Sequence record: MH359124
DNA: 64,000 nucleotides
Strand: one strand, 5' to 3'
DNA from: Escherichia phage SF
In this document: positions 8,461 to 17,741 of the stretch, piece after piece
Position numbering within the stretch: the first letter of the stretch is position 1
Layout of the letters: each line of letters starts with the position of its first letter
Position numbers and translations under genes: made by a program
The notes under the pieces: generated by a model
What the model was told of the DNA's origin: nothing
The model's database searches: none
Seen by the model: only the letters and a program-made list of their open reading frames with translations

Positions 8461-8928
8461 ATGGGTATTATTAACACTGCAATAGATTCTGTTTATGCAT
8501 ATAAGTTTATTCGACTAATGCAAAAACCTTTTACCGAATGGAAAGCATACGAAGCCAAAATCATCGATGAACGTGGAAGTGTTCTTAAACGTCCTTCTAC
8601 TCCAGAAGAGAAAGCGGCTTATACACCTTTTCATGCTTCAGTTCGTTCAATGAAGCGAATGATGAGCACTGTTCCAGGTCTTAATGGAATGGCCTCAATG
8701 ATGTCTGCCTGGAGTGCTGTAGCTTCACGCTATAACATTACGGAAGAACAACAGAAAGAAATATTTAAAGAACTCCCTTTATTTGAGGATATGGTTGCTG
8801 GTGATTCAGGTGGCAGCCCTCAAGCTATTGCATCAGGAACAACTACAGGTGCAGTCGTAAATAAAGGCCCAGAACAAATTCCTTCCAAGAAAAGAAAGCG
8901 AATTAAAGTAAATATTAATAAGTTGTGA
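8461..8928 (+). CDS. Hypothetical protein (61.1-like position)
   Basis: ORF track 8434..8928; ATG 8461 preceded by GGAGG. Confidence 0.6.
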   Translation: MGIINTAIDSVYAYKFIRLMQKPFTEWKAYEAKIIDERGSVLKRPSTPEEKAAYTPFHASVRSMKRMMSTVPGLNGMASMMSAWSAVASRYNITEEQQKEIFKELPLFEDMVAGDSGGSPQAIASGTTTGAVVNKGPEQIPSKKRKRIKVNINKL

Positions 8929-8967
8929 TATGATGGCCTTATTAATTTAAGGCCTCTGGAGAATACT

Positions 8968-9990
8968 ATGGCTGAATGGATAGATAATGAATTTGCTTAT
9001 CGTGCGTTTTCTCACCTACCTCGTTTTAGACAAATCAATAATTCAAGCACATTTAAATTAACATTTCGTTGTCCAGTTTGTGGCGACTCCCAGACCGATG
9101 CAATGAAAGCTCGCGGATGGTATTATGGCGGTACTCCTGGTAATGTACATTGTTATAATTGTCAATACCACAATACAATTTCCGGATACTTAAAAGAGTA
9201 TGATGAAGAGCTTTATCGCGAATACCTAATGGAAGTTCGTAAAGAAAAAGCTAGAATGGAACCAAAGATTGAAAAGGTTCCTGAACATAAACCAGAACCG
9301 GAGAAAAAGACTATAAATTCTTTGCCGTCTTGTTCTCGTCTGGACAAGCTGCCTGAAGAGCATCCTATTGTGAAATATGTTAAGTCTCGATGCATTCCTA
9401 AAGAATCATGGAACAGATTATGGTTCACATTAGAATGGCCTAAATTGGTCAACAAGATTCAACCTGGTACGTATAAGAAAGAGATTCCCGAACCACGTTT
9501 AGTGATTCCTATTTTTAATAAAGACGGGAAGGCTGAGTCATTCCAAGGACGTGCACTTCGTAAAGATGCTCCTCAGAAATATATCACTATTAAAGCGTTC
9601 GAGTCTGCAACAAAAATTTATGGTGTTGAACGTGTTAAGGAAGGAGACGTCTGGGTAATGGAAGGCCCTATTGATAGTTTATTCATACCCAATGCAATCG
9701 CTATTACAGGCGGCTCAATAGATTTAGATGTGGTACCATTTAAAGAACGTCGGGTATGGGTAATGGATAATGAACCTAGGCATCCAGATACTATAGCTCG
9801 CATGAAGCGATTAGTTGATGCAGGCGAACGTGTTATGTTCTGGGACCGAGCTCCATGGAGATCAAAGGATGTGAACGATATGGTAATGAAAGAAAATGCA
9901 ACACCACAAGAAATTTTAGAATATATGAAACAGAATATTTCAAGTGGGTTGCATGCTAAAATGAGATTATCTCGTTATTCTAAGATTTAA
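8968..9990 (+). CDS. 61: gp61 DNA primase
   Basis: 340-aa ORF; zinc-ribbon CPVCGDS..CYNC and Toprim region match T4 gp61. Confidence 0.95.
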   Translation: MAEWIDNEFAYRAFSHLPRFRQINNSSTFKLTFRCPVCGDSQTDAMKARGWYYGGTPGNVHCYNCQYHNTISGYLKEYDEELYREYLMEVRKEKARMEPKIEKVPEHKPEPEKKTINSLPSCSRLDKLPEEHPIVKYVKSRCIPKESWNRLWFTLEWPKLVNKIQPGTYKKEIPEPRLVIPIFNKDGKAESFQGRALRKDAPQKYITIKAFESATKIYGVERVKEGDVWVMEGPIDSLFIPNAIAITGGSIDLDVVPFKERRVWVMDNEPRHPDTIARMKRLVDAGERVMFWDRAPWRSKDVNDMVMKENATPQEILEYMKQNISSGLHAKMRLSRYSKI

Positions 9991-10184
9991 ACAAGCCCTA
10001 TAATAGCAAATGCCAAATCAACTACGGTATCCAATGGAACAGAAGGAACCATAACACCATGGGCAACTAACAATGGCGCAATCCCGAAGTTCCATGAAAT
10101 AATGCCACCTACAACTATTGCAGCGATAGCAGTTTTCTTTTTATTGCCTTTAATAGCGTTGATTAACGATGGAAGTTTAAACAT
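9987..10184 (-). CDS. Small hydrophobic membrane protein encoded antisense to the early gene block
   Basis: 65-aa ORF on - strand filling the 61-56 intergenic gap; strong SD (TAAGGAG) 7 nt upstream of ATG; near-consensus AATAAATA late-promoter-like box upstream. Confidence 0.45.
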   Translation of the reverse strand: MFKLPSLINAIKGNKKKTAIAAIVVGGIISWNFGIAPLLVAHGVMVPSVPLDTVVDLAFAIIGLV

Positions 10185-10212
10185 AATATCTCCTTAGTTA
10201 CCTATTATTTAT

Positions 10213-10239
10213 TACGCTTTATAAAATTAATGTTAGAAT
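10213..10239 (+). promoter_or_regulatory. Middle promoter candidate for gene 56
   Basis: TACGCTTTA box, 12-nt spacer, -10 TAGAAT. Confidence 0.4.
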
Positions 10240-10273
10240 TAACTTCTCTTATACTGAATTGAAAGGAAAAATA

Positions 10274-10795
10274 ATGGCGCACTTTAACGAATGTTCACAA
10301 CTTATTTCTGGTGTTGATAAAGCAGAAGAAGCTTATTTTAATGCTCTGATTCATGAAGATAAAGACCCATTGCAGGTAATGCTTGATATGCAGAAATCTT
10401 TACAGGTTCGTCTGGCAAATGACAAGCCTGAACATAACAAACATCCTGATGAATTGGCCACTGCTGGCGATGTTGTTGATTGGCTGCGTAATCAGAAAGA
10501 TTATATCGATGATGAATTCCGTGAACTGCTGACTTCACTTGGTGGTATGAGCAATGGTGAAAAAGCCGCTAGCTCTGTATGGAAGCCGTGGAAAGCACAA
10601 CATGCTGAATATCGAAATCGACGTATCGATGAACTGTCTCCTGAAGACCAGCTTGAAATTAAATTCGAGATGATTGATATCCTCCACTTTGTTCTGAATA
10701 TGTTCCAAGGCCTAGGTCTTTCCGCTGAAGAAATCTTTAAACTTTACTACTTGAAAAACCAACACAACTTTGAACGCCAGGATAATGGTTACTGA
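10274..10795 (+). CDS. 56: gp56 dCTPase/dUTPase (MazG-like)
   Basis: ORF track 10259..10795 (TTG); ATG 10274 gives MAHFNEC... matching the T4 gp56 N-terminus. Confidence 0.9.
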   Translation: MAHFNECSQLISGVDKAEEAYFNALIHEDKDPLQVMLDMQKSLQVRLANDKPEHNKHPDELATAGDVVDWLRNQKDYIDDEFRELLTSLGGMSNGEKAASSVWKPWKAQHAEYRNRRIDELSPEDQLEIKFEMIDILHFVLNMFQGLGLSAEEIFKLYYLKNQHNFERQDNGY

Positions 10796-10802
10796 TTAGG
10801 GT

Positions 10803-10810
10803 TATAAATA
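10803..10810 (+). promoter_or_regulatory. Late promoter (TATAAATA) for soc
   Basis: Exact TATAAATA 31 nt upstream of the soc ATG. Confidence 0.7.
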
Positions 10811-10841
10811 CACCTGTAATTAAACAACAAAGGAGTTAATT

Positions 10842-11078
10842 ATGGGTGGTTATGTAAACATCAAAACCTTTACACGTCCGGCTGGTGAAGGCAAAGAAGT
10901 TAAAGGTATGGAAGTTTCTGTACCGTTTGAGATTTATTCAAACGAACATCGGATTGCAGATTCTCATTACCAAATCTTTCCATCAGAAAAGGCAGCATAT
11001 TCTACTGTAGTTTCTGATGCAGCTGATTGGAAAACTAAGAATGCTGCAATGTTTACCCCTACACCAGTAAGCGGTTAA
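10842..11078 (+). CDS. soc: Soc small outer capsid protein
   Basis: 78-aa ORF; GYVNIKTF...HYQ.FPSEKAAYSTV matches T4 Soc; TATAAATA late promoter 31 nt upstream; terminator downstream. Confidence 0.85.
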   Translation: MGGYVNIKTFTRPAGEGKEVKGMEVSVPFEIYSNEHRIADSHYQIFPSEKAAYSTVVSDAADWKTKNAAMFTPTPVSG

Positions 11079-11086
11079 ATAATTTA

Positions 11087-11114
11087 AGGAATCCTTCGGG
11101 ATTCCTTTTTTTTG
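11087..11114 (+). terminator. Rho-independent terminator after soc
   Basis: AGGAATCC-TTCG-GGATTCCT then T8. Confidence 0.8.
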
Positions 11115-11122
11115 TTTCTAGA

Positions 11123-11152
11123 GTTTACAACCACTAAAAACTGTGTTAAGAT
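11123..11152 (+). promoter_or_regulatory. Early promoter
   Basis: GTTTAC, 18 nt, TAAGAT; drives ORF 11181. Confidence 0.5.
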
Positions 11153-11180
11153 ATTCTTACTTACTCAAGAGGAGAACAAT

Positions 11181-11408
11181 ATGTTAAATCGTTGGATTAA
11201 ACCTAATAACACATTAGGTGCTTTGATTGCTCAAGAAGTTTCGTTGAAATACGGTCTTGGATATTATGATGATGTAGTCGTACACTCGTTCATGATGGAT
11301 GGCGAAGACGTCAAATTTAATGCCGAAATCCGTTGGGACGATGGTGGTGTTCGTTTTGTTCGAGGAACAATTAATGCTTACGATGCTGAAGAAGTTGTTT
11401 GCTGTTAA
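11181..11408 (+). CDS. Hypothetical protein
   Basis: ATG 11181 after AGAGGAG; in-frame part of ORF 11112..11408. Confidence 0.55.
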   Translation: MLNRWIKPNNTLGALIAQEVSLKYGLGYYDDVVVHSFMMDGEDVKFNAEIRWDDGGVRFVRGTINAYDAEEVVCC

Positions 11409-11421
11409 ACCAGGCGAAGGT

Positions 11422-11622
11422 ATGATGCCTATTCCTGATACACACGAAAAAAGTTGGGAATATATCGGTGACGGAATGATGGAAGAAGTTGTTCGTCCAA
11501 AAACAAAACAGGTTAATGCTTCAAGCTCTTCAAGTTATAATCATTCATACGTATCATCTTGGCCTGGTGATTCCGGGTCAAGTTATTCTGATTGTGGTTC
11601 AAGCTCAGGGAGCTGTGAATGA
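11422..11622 (+). CDS. Hypothetical Ser-rich small protein
   Basis: In-frame ATG of ORF 11299..11622 just after the previous stop. Confidence 0.45.
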   Translation: MMPIPDTHEKSWEYIGDGMMEEVVRPKTKQVNASSSSSYNHSYVSSWPGDSGSSYSDCGSSSGSCE

Positions 11623-11798
11623 ACAGAATAGTAAAATGGTTTAAAAGCTGGAATGATGGAGTCGGACCAGAAGATTGGTTAGATGTTTTTGAAGAGAAAA
11701 TGGTCAAAGAACTCCAGAAACATGAAGAGAAGCTCGTCGAAGATGAAGGCGAACGTATTGTAAAACTTTATATGGGTGAACCATCGAGGAAATTATAA
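11619..11798 (+). CDS. Hypothetical small acidic protein (59 aa)
   Basis: Below the ORF-track cutoff; ATGA/TAATG overlaps with both neighbours typical of T4 early operons. Confidence 0.4.
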   Translation: MNRIVKWFKSWNDGVGPEDWLDVFEEKMVKELQKHEEKLVEDEGERIVKLYMGEPSRKL

Positions 11799-12262
11799 TG
11801 GATGCTATGCTATTTAAAATGTATTTGCTTGAAGCCAAGTCGTTTAAACATATACCAGTAGAAGATAAGACTCCACTAGAAATAGCTATTCTCATTAACA
11901 AATGTCTAAATAATCCGCAATATATCGTAGAAGAATTCTGCAAATTGCAGATTCCTAAAGGTTACAAAATTCGTGTAGAGCGAGTTGGAGCTATTACTCG
12001 TTCTAAAAATTCTCCGTTTAGTCTTGAAGAAGGCATAAAGGACTTAGGTTATGAATCTACGGAAAATGCCGTTTATGTGAATCCAGAAAAGCGTTTAGAT
12101 TTGTTTGAAAAGCGAGACCATAAGTATTTTGCCAAAAAATACTTTATTACGTCATTAGCAGATTTAATCCATTTGCAACGAGCTATTTGGAAATTTTTTA
12201 AGACAAAAGGTGTAGCGCTAGAAACATTCTCCGAACCTGCTAGTTTTTATCTCGGTGAATAA
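11798..12262 (+). CDS. Hypothetical protein
   Basis: 154-aa ORF, translationally coupled. Confidence 0.6.
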   Translation: MDAMLFKMYLLEAKSFKHIPVEDKTPLEIAILINKCLNNPQYIVEEFCKLQIPKGYKIRVERVGAITRSKNSPFSLEEGIKDLGYESTENAVYVNPEKRLDLFEKRDHKYFAKKYFITSLADLIHLQRAIWKFFKTKGVALETFSEPASFYLGE

Positions 12263-12443
12263 TATGGACTTGATGAGTATGTTTGATGAGCCTGAAGTTG
12301 AGGCTCCTAAAGTGCATCGTAGTGAACTTGTTGATGAACTAGATAGTATTATACAACGTCACGGCTTTAGTTTACCTGTTGAAGCCCTGAAAGACCTTGC
12401 CTCTTATTATGACGACCCTCCACCATGGAGTCCTTGGAAATGA
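12255..12443 (+). CDS. Hypothetical protein
   Basis: 62-aa ORF. Confidence 0.45.
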   Translation: MNNMDLMSMFDEPEVEAPKVHRSELVDELDSIIQRHGFSLPVEALKDLASYYDDPPPWSPWK

Positions 12444-12603
12444 AAGAGAAATTTAAAGAGAAATTCTTACTAGAAATCAAGGAAAAAGACTTTGAGACAT
12501 GGTATCGAATGGTGAAAGGGTTGACATTGCTTTTTAAAGCATCCTTATTCATGTTAGAACAACCTGGTCCTGATGGACCTTTAGTAGGAAAGCTTAAAAA
12601 GTA

Positions 12604-12632
12604 GTTTACATTCCCTCCTCTCGTGTTATGAT
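12604..12632 (+). promoter_or_regulatory. Early promoter
   Basis: GTTTAC, 17 nt, TATGAT; drives the modB-like gene. Confidence 0.6.
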
Positions 12633-12659
12633 AGGCTTATCTTTAAATGGAGGTCTATC

Positions 12660-13241
12660 ATGACATGTCAATCTGAACTTCAAGAACGCGAATACCTAAC
12701 AAATCTGATTGATAGCAAATTCACCCGCCAAGAACAAAACATTCTCTGGGCTTGCACAGATTCTAAGGAAGACCCGGATTTCCACTATGAATTAGACCAT
12801 CTTGTTCGTAAGCATATGACTTCTACAGTACCAGTAGAACTCTACCGCGGTGTAACTCCAGAAGAAGTAGAACGTCTTTCCCTTCTTTCTGTTGGATGTC
12901 ATTGGTCTCCTGGACGAGTAACATCATTCACAACTGATTTCAGTACAGCTCGTCAATTCTCCGGGAGTTGGGAGTATCAGACGTACACTATTCTTAGTCT
13001 CAGGAATGCTCCATTCATTTTTGATTACTACCAAAACATGGTTAACATTGTACTTGCCGGAAAGAACCCTAAGCATGTTATGGAAGAAACACGTGTTGAC
13101 GTCCTAGATATGATTGAATCTGAACAAGAGTACATGGTCTCAGGTATCTCTAGATTTGAGATTGTGGAAATTGAAGACTTAGAATATGACCCTTTATCTC
13201 AGTTATACAAAATCATTCATTTAAAAATGTTGAATTTTTAG
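12660..13241 (+). CDS. modB: ModB-like ADP-ribosyltransferase (R-S-ExE type)
   Basis: 193-aa ORF; YRG, FTTDFSTA and EQEYMV motifs in R-S-ExE order; tandem paralog of next gene; synteny soc..modB-modA-srd. Confidence 0.55.
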   Translation: MTCQSELQEREYLTNLIDSKFTRQEQNILWACTDSKEDPDFHYELDHLVRKHMTSTVPVELYRGVTPEEVERLSLLSVGCHWSPGRVTSFTTDFSTARQFSGSWEYQTYTILSLRNAPFIFDYYQNMVNIVLAGKNPKHVMEETRVDVLDMIESEQEYMVSGISRFEIVEIEDLEYDPLSQLYKIIHLKMLNF

Positions 13242-13270
13242 TGTACAAACTCTTCCGACGATGATACTAT
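13241..13270 (+). promoter_or_regulatory. Early promoter
   Basis: GTGTAC, 18 nt, TACTAT; drives the modA-like gene. Confidence 0.5.
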
Positions 13271-13298
13271 ACTTTTATCAACCACAGGAGAAACCTAA

Positions 13299-13907
13299 AT
13301 GTTTATGCCGTATAATGAATGTGAAATTGAGGAAATGGTTCGACGTGCTCAATGCCTGGATTATCAAGATATGCTTCAGTACAAAATCGATGAGCAATTC
13401 AGTGACATTGAACAAAGTGTACTATGGCAGTGTATGGAAAACAAGCCTGATAGCATCCAACAAGATTTAAGTGCAATCGTTCGTAGAAATTGGTCTTCTT
13501 CAGTTCCTGAGACAATGTATCGTGGAATCTCTAAGAAAACTATGGCCACACTCGATGATAAAGGCATTGGTAGTATTATTAAATTTGACAGAGTAATGAG
13601 CTTCAGCCCAGTGTTCGGTGTAGCACGTAACTTTGCTTCATATAATTTTTACGGAACATTTAATATGTTCTGCATCAAAGATGCACCATTTGCTTTCAAC
13701 TTCCGTGAACATATGCTTAATATGATTCTGGCTGCACCATCTTGCGAGTTCAATGGAGCTTTCCCTGAAGCGACAAGACGGTCTAATGCTAGACTTATAT
13801 CTGACGAATGTGAATTTATGCTCCCTATAGGGACTACACTGCGTGTAGATTCTATTATTCAAGATGGACGTTATACAATCTGGAATCTGTCTATTGTCGG
13901 TTACTGA
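13299..13907 (+). CDS. modA: ModA-like ADP-ribosyltransferase (R-S-ExE type)
   Basis: 202-aa ORF; YRG, FSPVFGVA and ECEFML motifs; paralog of 12660..13241. Confidence 0.55.
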   Translation: MFMPYNECEIEEMVRRAQCLDYQDMLQYKIDEQFSDIEQSVLWQCMENKPDSIQQDLSAIVRRNWSSSVPETMYRGISKKTMATLDDKGIGSIIKFDRVMSFSPVFGVARNFASYNFYGTFNMFCIKDAPFAFNFREHMLNMILAAPSCEFNGAFPEATRRSNARLISDECEFMLPIGTTLRVDSIIQDGRYTIWNLSIVGY

Positions 13908-13981
13908 CTGGATTGGAATAACCGGATGGAACTCAGAACCATTATAACACATAAAAAATTAAAGCATTTTACGAAAAAAGT

Positions 13982-14010
13982 GTGTACACTACCTGAGGGC
14001 ATGATATTAT
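13982..14010 (+). promoter_or_regulatory. Early promoter (PeSL-like)
   Basis: GTGTAC, 17 nt, TATTAT followed by AGACCTATC; drives srd. Confidence 0.55.
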
Positions 14011-14059
14011 AGACCTATCAGCTAAATGACCTAACGTCCGTAAGACAGAGGAAAATATT

Positions 14060-14806
14060 ATGTTATCAAATAATAAAATTAACAAAATCAATCGTCGTCT
14101 TGACCACACCAGAGCTTCTGCGAAGAGACGCTCTAAGGATTTTAACTTAGATTTTAATTACCTTAAAAACATCCTTGATCAAAAGGTCTGCGCTTACTCA
14201 GGTGAATCTTTCAATAACTCTGTTGAAGGTGAGAAATTATCCTTAGAACGTTTTAATAACGATATCGGCTACATTAAAGGTAATGTTATCCCGGTTAAGA
14301 AAAAATATAACACGGCTCGTTCTGATTTAACATTAGAAGAACTTATTGATAAACGTGATGCCATTGCAAGACGTATCGCTAATCCTTCTGCCCGTAAAGT
14401 AGAGAAACTTAATCTCGACGAGAAGAAATGGGCCCAAATTAAAAAGGTTTATGGTACTATTTTAAAAATCCGAGCAAAACGTGAAAATCGTGTTAAGCAT
14501 ATGGCGAACATGATGAAAAATCAACCTTTATCTAACGAATCTAAACTTAGAATTGTTGCTTTGAAAGCACGCATTAATGGCTCACATCAAGCAGAAGGCC
14601 ATGAACTTACTAAACTCAACGTTCTTCTTAAAGGCTCTGACTGGAAAACTAAAACTAAATTAACTGACGCTGAATCGCTTTTCGATACATATGATAAAGT
14701 TATCCAAGGTCTGCAACGTTTTGAAAAGATCGGTTTCATTGGTAAATTAAAATTGAAACGTGGCTTACCACTTAGCGCATCATTATTCCAACTGATTAAA
14801 GGTTAA
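14060..14806 (+). CDS. srd: Srd-like protein
   Basis: 248-aa basic ORF at the T4 srd position (T4 Srd about 251 aa); assignment by synteny and size. Confidence 0.5.
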   Translation: MLSNNKINKINRRLDHTRASAKRRSKDFNLDFNYLKNILDQKVCAYSGESFNNSVEGEKLSLERFNNDIGYIKGNVIPVKKKYNTARSDLTLEELIDKRDAIARRIANPSARKVEKLNLDEKKWAQIKKVYGTILKIRAKRENRVKHMANMMKNQPLSNESKLRIVALKARINGSHQAEGHELTKLNVLLKGSDWKTKTKLTDAESLFDTYDKVIQGLQRFEKIGFIGKLKLKRGLPLSASLFQLIKG

Positions 14807-14808
14807 TT

Positions 14809-15120
14809 ATGGTTTATGTATATGCAATAGTTTATCGAGATATGGAAGGATTTACTGTCCCGGTTCCACTTGATGAGCATCGTCCTGCAGTATTTTTTAG
14901 AAAGGATATTGCAGATAAAGTTTTCGATACTTTGAAAACACAGTATAAAACAGATTTAAAAATGGGAGTTCTAAGAATGGTCGAAACTCCGCGTAAGTTC
15001 TGGTTTAATAAGCTTGAAATGAAACACGTTAAACTAGATGCGGAGACGCAAAGATTGTATCAACGAATCCTGGATACAGGCCGTATTGTTAGTATTCCAA
15101 TTGCAGGGACTTTACGATGA
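14809..15120 (+). CDS. Dda.1-like hypothetical protein
   Basis: 103-aa ORF directly upstream of and overlapping dda. Confidence 0.5.
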   Translation: MVYVYAIVYRDMEGFTVPVPLDEHRPAVFFRKDIADKVFDTLKTQYKTDLKMGVLRMVETPRKFWFNKLEMKHVKLDAETQRLYQRILDTGRIVSIPIAGTLR

Positions 15121-16430
15121 CATTTGATGATTTGACTGAAGGTCAGAAAAACGCCTTCAACGTTGTTATGAACGCCATTAAAGAAAAGAAACATCACGTA
15201 ACTATTAATGGGCCTGCTGGCACAGGTAAAACAACCCTTACTAGATTCATCGTTGAAGCCCTTATTTCTTCTGGAGAATCAGGTATTATTTTAGCAGCCC
15301 CTACACATGCTGCTAAAAAGGTTCTAAGCAAACTTGCGGGTCAAGAAGCATCGACTATTCATAGCATTCTTAAAATCAACCCAACTACATACGAAGAAAA
15401 CGTATTGTTTGAACAGAAAAAGGTCCCCGACTTAGCCTTGTGCCGTGTACTGTTATTTGATGAAGCGTCAATGTGCGACCGTTCTCTGTTTAAAATAATG
15501 TTAGCTAGTATCCCTAAATGGTGTACAGTAATTGGAATCGGCGACCGATGCCAGATTCGTCCGGTAGACCCAGGCGAATCAACTGCGTATCTAAGTCCTT
15601 TCTTCACTCACAAAGACTTCGTGCAATGCAACCTTACAGAAGTTAAACGTAGCAATGCACCAATTATTGATGTTGCGACTGATATTCGTAATGGTAAATG
15701 GATTTACGATAAAGTAGTTGATGGACACGGTGTTCATGGATATACAGACCTTAAATCGTATATGATGAACTATTTTAACGTCGTTAAAACTCCTGAAGAC
15801 CTTTTCGAAAATCGAATGATGGCATTCACAAATAAGTCGGTGGACAAGTTAAATTCAATTATTCGCCGAAAACTTCTTGAAACAGAAAAACCGTTTATTA
15901 AAGACGAGGTCATTGTTCTACAAGAGCCATTTACTAAGACATATAAGCTAGATGGTAAAAATATGACCGAAATGCTTTTCAATAACGGCCAATTCGTTCG
16001 TATTCGAGATGCTGTAGAAACGTCTACATTCGTTAAAGCACGTGGTGTTTCAGGCGAATATATGATACGATACTGGAATCTTACAGTAGAAACATATGGG
16101 GATGATGAAGAATACATCCGCGAAGATATAAAGGTTATTTCTTCTGAAGAAGAGCTTTATAAATTCAATTTGTTTTTAGCTAAGACCGCAGAAACATACA
16201 AATTTTGGAATAAAGGTGGTAAAGCTCCATGGAGCGAATTCTGGGATGCTAAACGTATGTTCACTAAGGTGAAGGCACTACCAGTATCAACCTTCCATAA
16301 AGCCCAGGGTATGTCTGTTGACACAGCCTTTGTTTATACACCGTGTATCCATTATGCCGATTCAGAATTAGCTAAACAGTTATTGTATGTCGGCACAACT
16401 CGTGGTCGTTTTGACGTCCATTTTATTTGA
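15117..16430 (+). CDS. dda: Dda DNA helicase (SF1B)
   Basis: 437-aa ORF; Walker A GPAGTGKTT and helicase motifs; matches T4 Dda size and N-terminus. Confidence 0.9.
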   Translation: MTFDDLTEGQKNAFNVVMNAIKEKKHHVTINGPAGTGKTTLTRFIVEALISSGESGIILAAPTHAAKKVLSKLAGQEASTIHSILKINPTTYEENVLFEQKKVPDLALCRVLLFDEASMCDRSLFKIMLASIPKWCTVIGIGDRCQIRPVDPGESTAYLSPFFTHKDFVQCNLTEVKRSNAPIIDVATDIRNGKWIYDKVVDGHGVHGYTDLKSYMMNYFNVVKTPEDLFENRMMAFTNKSVDKLNSIIRRKLLETEKPFIKDEVIVLQEPFTKTYKLDGKNMTEMLFNNGQFVRIRDAVETSTFVKARGVSGEYMIRYWNLTVETYGDDEEYIREDIKVISSEEELYKFNLFLAKTAETYKFWNKGGKAPWSEFWDAKRMFTKVKALPVSTFHKAQGMSVDTAFVYTPCIHYADSELAKQLLYVGTTRGRFDVHFI

Positions 16431-16439
16431 GAGAAAATT

Positions 16440-17117
16440 ATGAGCACTGATGTTATTATAGATTTTGAAACATTCGGCAATACATCAAAAGCGGCTGTTA
16501 TTGACCTTGCGGTTATTGCATATAATTCCGACCCTGAAGTTGTTGAATCATTTGAAGAACTTGTTCAACGAGGTAAGCGAATTAAATTTAATCTAGCTTC
16601 TCAGAAAGGGAAGCGAGTTTTCGCTAAATCTACTATGAAATGGTGGAAAGAACAATCGGCTGAAGCACGTAAAAACTTGGCTCCGTCTGAAGACGATGTC
16701 ACTACGCTTGAAGGCATTAAAATCTTTTTAGATTATTGCCGAGCTAATAAAGTTGACCAATGGAAATCACAGATGTGGTGCCGTGGTATGAGCTTTGACT
16801 TCCCGATCTTGGTCGATTTGATTCGTGACCTCTATCGTGATGAAGGTGTTCCTGAACCAGAGATTGATACTGATAAATTAGAACCGGTTAAATTCTGGGC
16901 TCAACGCGATATTCGTACGGCAATCGAAGCTTACTCGTTGACACGAGGATTAAGTATGTGTCCATTACCGATAGGTACGCTAAAAGGATTCGTTGCCCAT
17001 GATAGTATTCATGATTGTGCTAAAGATATTTTGATGTTAAAATATGCTCAGCGTTATGCGCTTGGTCTTGAAGATGTCCCTGAGAATCCAGACCCGTTAA
17101 GTGTAAAACAGCGATAA
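16440..17117 (+). CDS. dexA: DexA exonuclease A (DEDD family)
   Basis: 225-aa ORF; IIDFETFG exonuclease motif; T4 DexA is about 227 aa; synteny. Confidence 0.85.
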   Translation: MSTDVIIDFETFGNTSKAAVIDLAVIAYNSDPEVVESFEELVQRGKRIKFNLASQKGKRVFAKSTMKWWKEQSAEARKNLAPSEDDVTTLEGIKIFLDYCRANKVDQWKSQMWCRGMSFDFPILVDLIRDLYRDEGVPEPEIDTDKLEPVKFWAQRDIRTAIEAYSLTRGLSMCPLPIGTLKGFVAHDSIHDCAKDILMLKYAQRYALGLEDVPENPDPLSVKQR

Positions 17118-17122
17118 AATCA

Positions 17123-17152
17123 GTTTACAACCAAGGACGGTTGGAGTATAAT
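17123..17152 (+). promoter_or_regulatory. Early promoter
   Basis: GTTTAC, 18 nt, TATAAT; drives ORF 17184. Confidence 0.65.
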
Positions 17153-17183
17153 CTTTCTATCTTAACCAAACAGGAAAAACATT

Positions 17184-17678
17184 ATGAATATCAATACTAC
17201 GGCTACTTACATCCTGAAAGACGAAAAACAAATCAACTGGTACGGTGCTTCAGTGCGAGCTTATGAAAAGTTTTGTGAAATTTTAGGTGCCACTCAAGGT
17301 AATAGTTTCACTATTGTTAACTTCATTAAACAAGCTGAAGGCCCTTGGTTATTCTTAGAAATTAAAAATTCATATGGTACAATTTCTACTACTGCCATTC
17401 CAAGCACCGACTTTGAACTCTTGATTGAAGAAGTAGAACCCGTTAAAGACATCTGTATTGATATGGATATCGCTTGTATGTACGGTACTCTGATTAAGCA
17501 TATTGAGCCTACTGATTTATTGTGTAAATATGTTTCAATTCGACGCCCATTCGCTGGTCCAGTAAATGGATGGGTAACTGACCAATGGATTGAAGACGGT
17601 GTTGAACTTCTGAACGTTGTTCACGCAAGTGATTTTAGTGTAGTTCCACGTAGTGCTGTGGTTAATATCCTTAATTAA
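17184..17678 (+). CDS. Hypothetical protein, paralog family member A
   Basis: 164-aa ORF; C-terminal GWVTDQWIEDGVELLNVVHASDFSVVP shared with the two following ORFs. Confidence 0.6.
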   Translation: MNINTTATYILKDEKQINWYGASVRAYEKFCEILGATQGNSFTIVNFIKQAEGPWLFLEIKNSYGTISTTAIPSTDFELLIEEVEPVKDICIDMDIACMYGTLIKHIEPTDLLCKYVSIRRPFAGPVNGWVTDQWIEDGVELLNVVHASDFSVVPRSAVVNILN

Positions 17679-17680
17679 TG

Positions 17681-17710
17681 TTGTACATCCAAGGACGGAT
17701 GGAGTATAAT
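17681..17710 (+). promoter_or_regulatory. Early promoter
   Basis: TTGTAC, 18 nt, TATAAT; near-duplicate of the 17123 promoter (CCAAGGACGG.TGGAGTATAAT); drives ORF 17742. Confidence 0.6.
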
Positions 17711-17741
17711 GAATTCAATTTAACAAAGAGAGAGAGAAATT

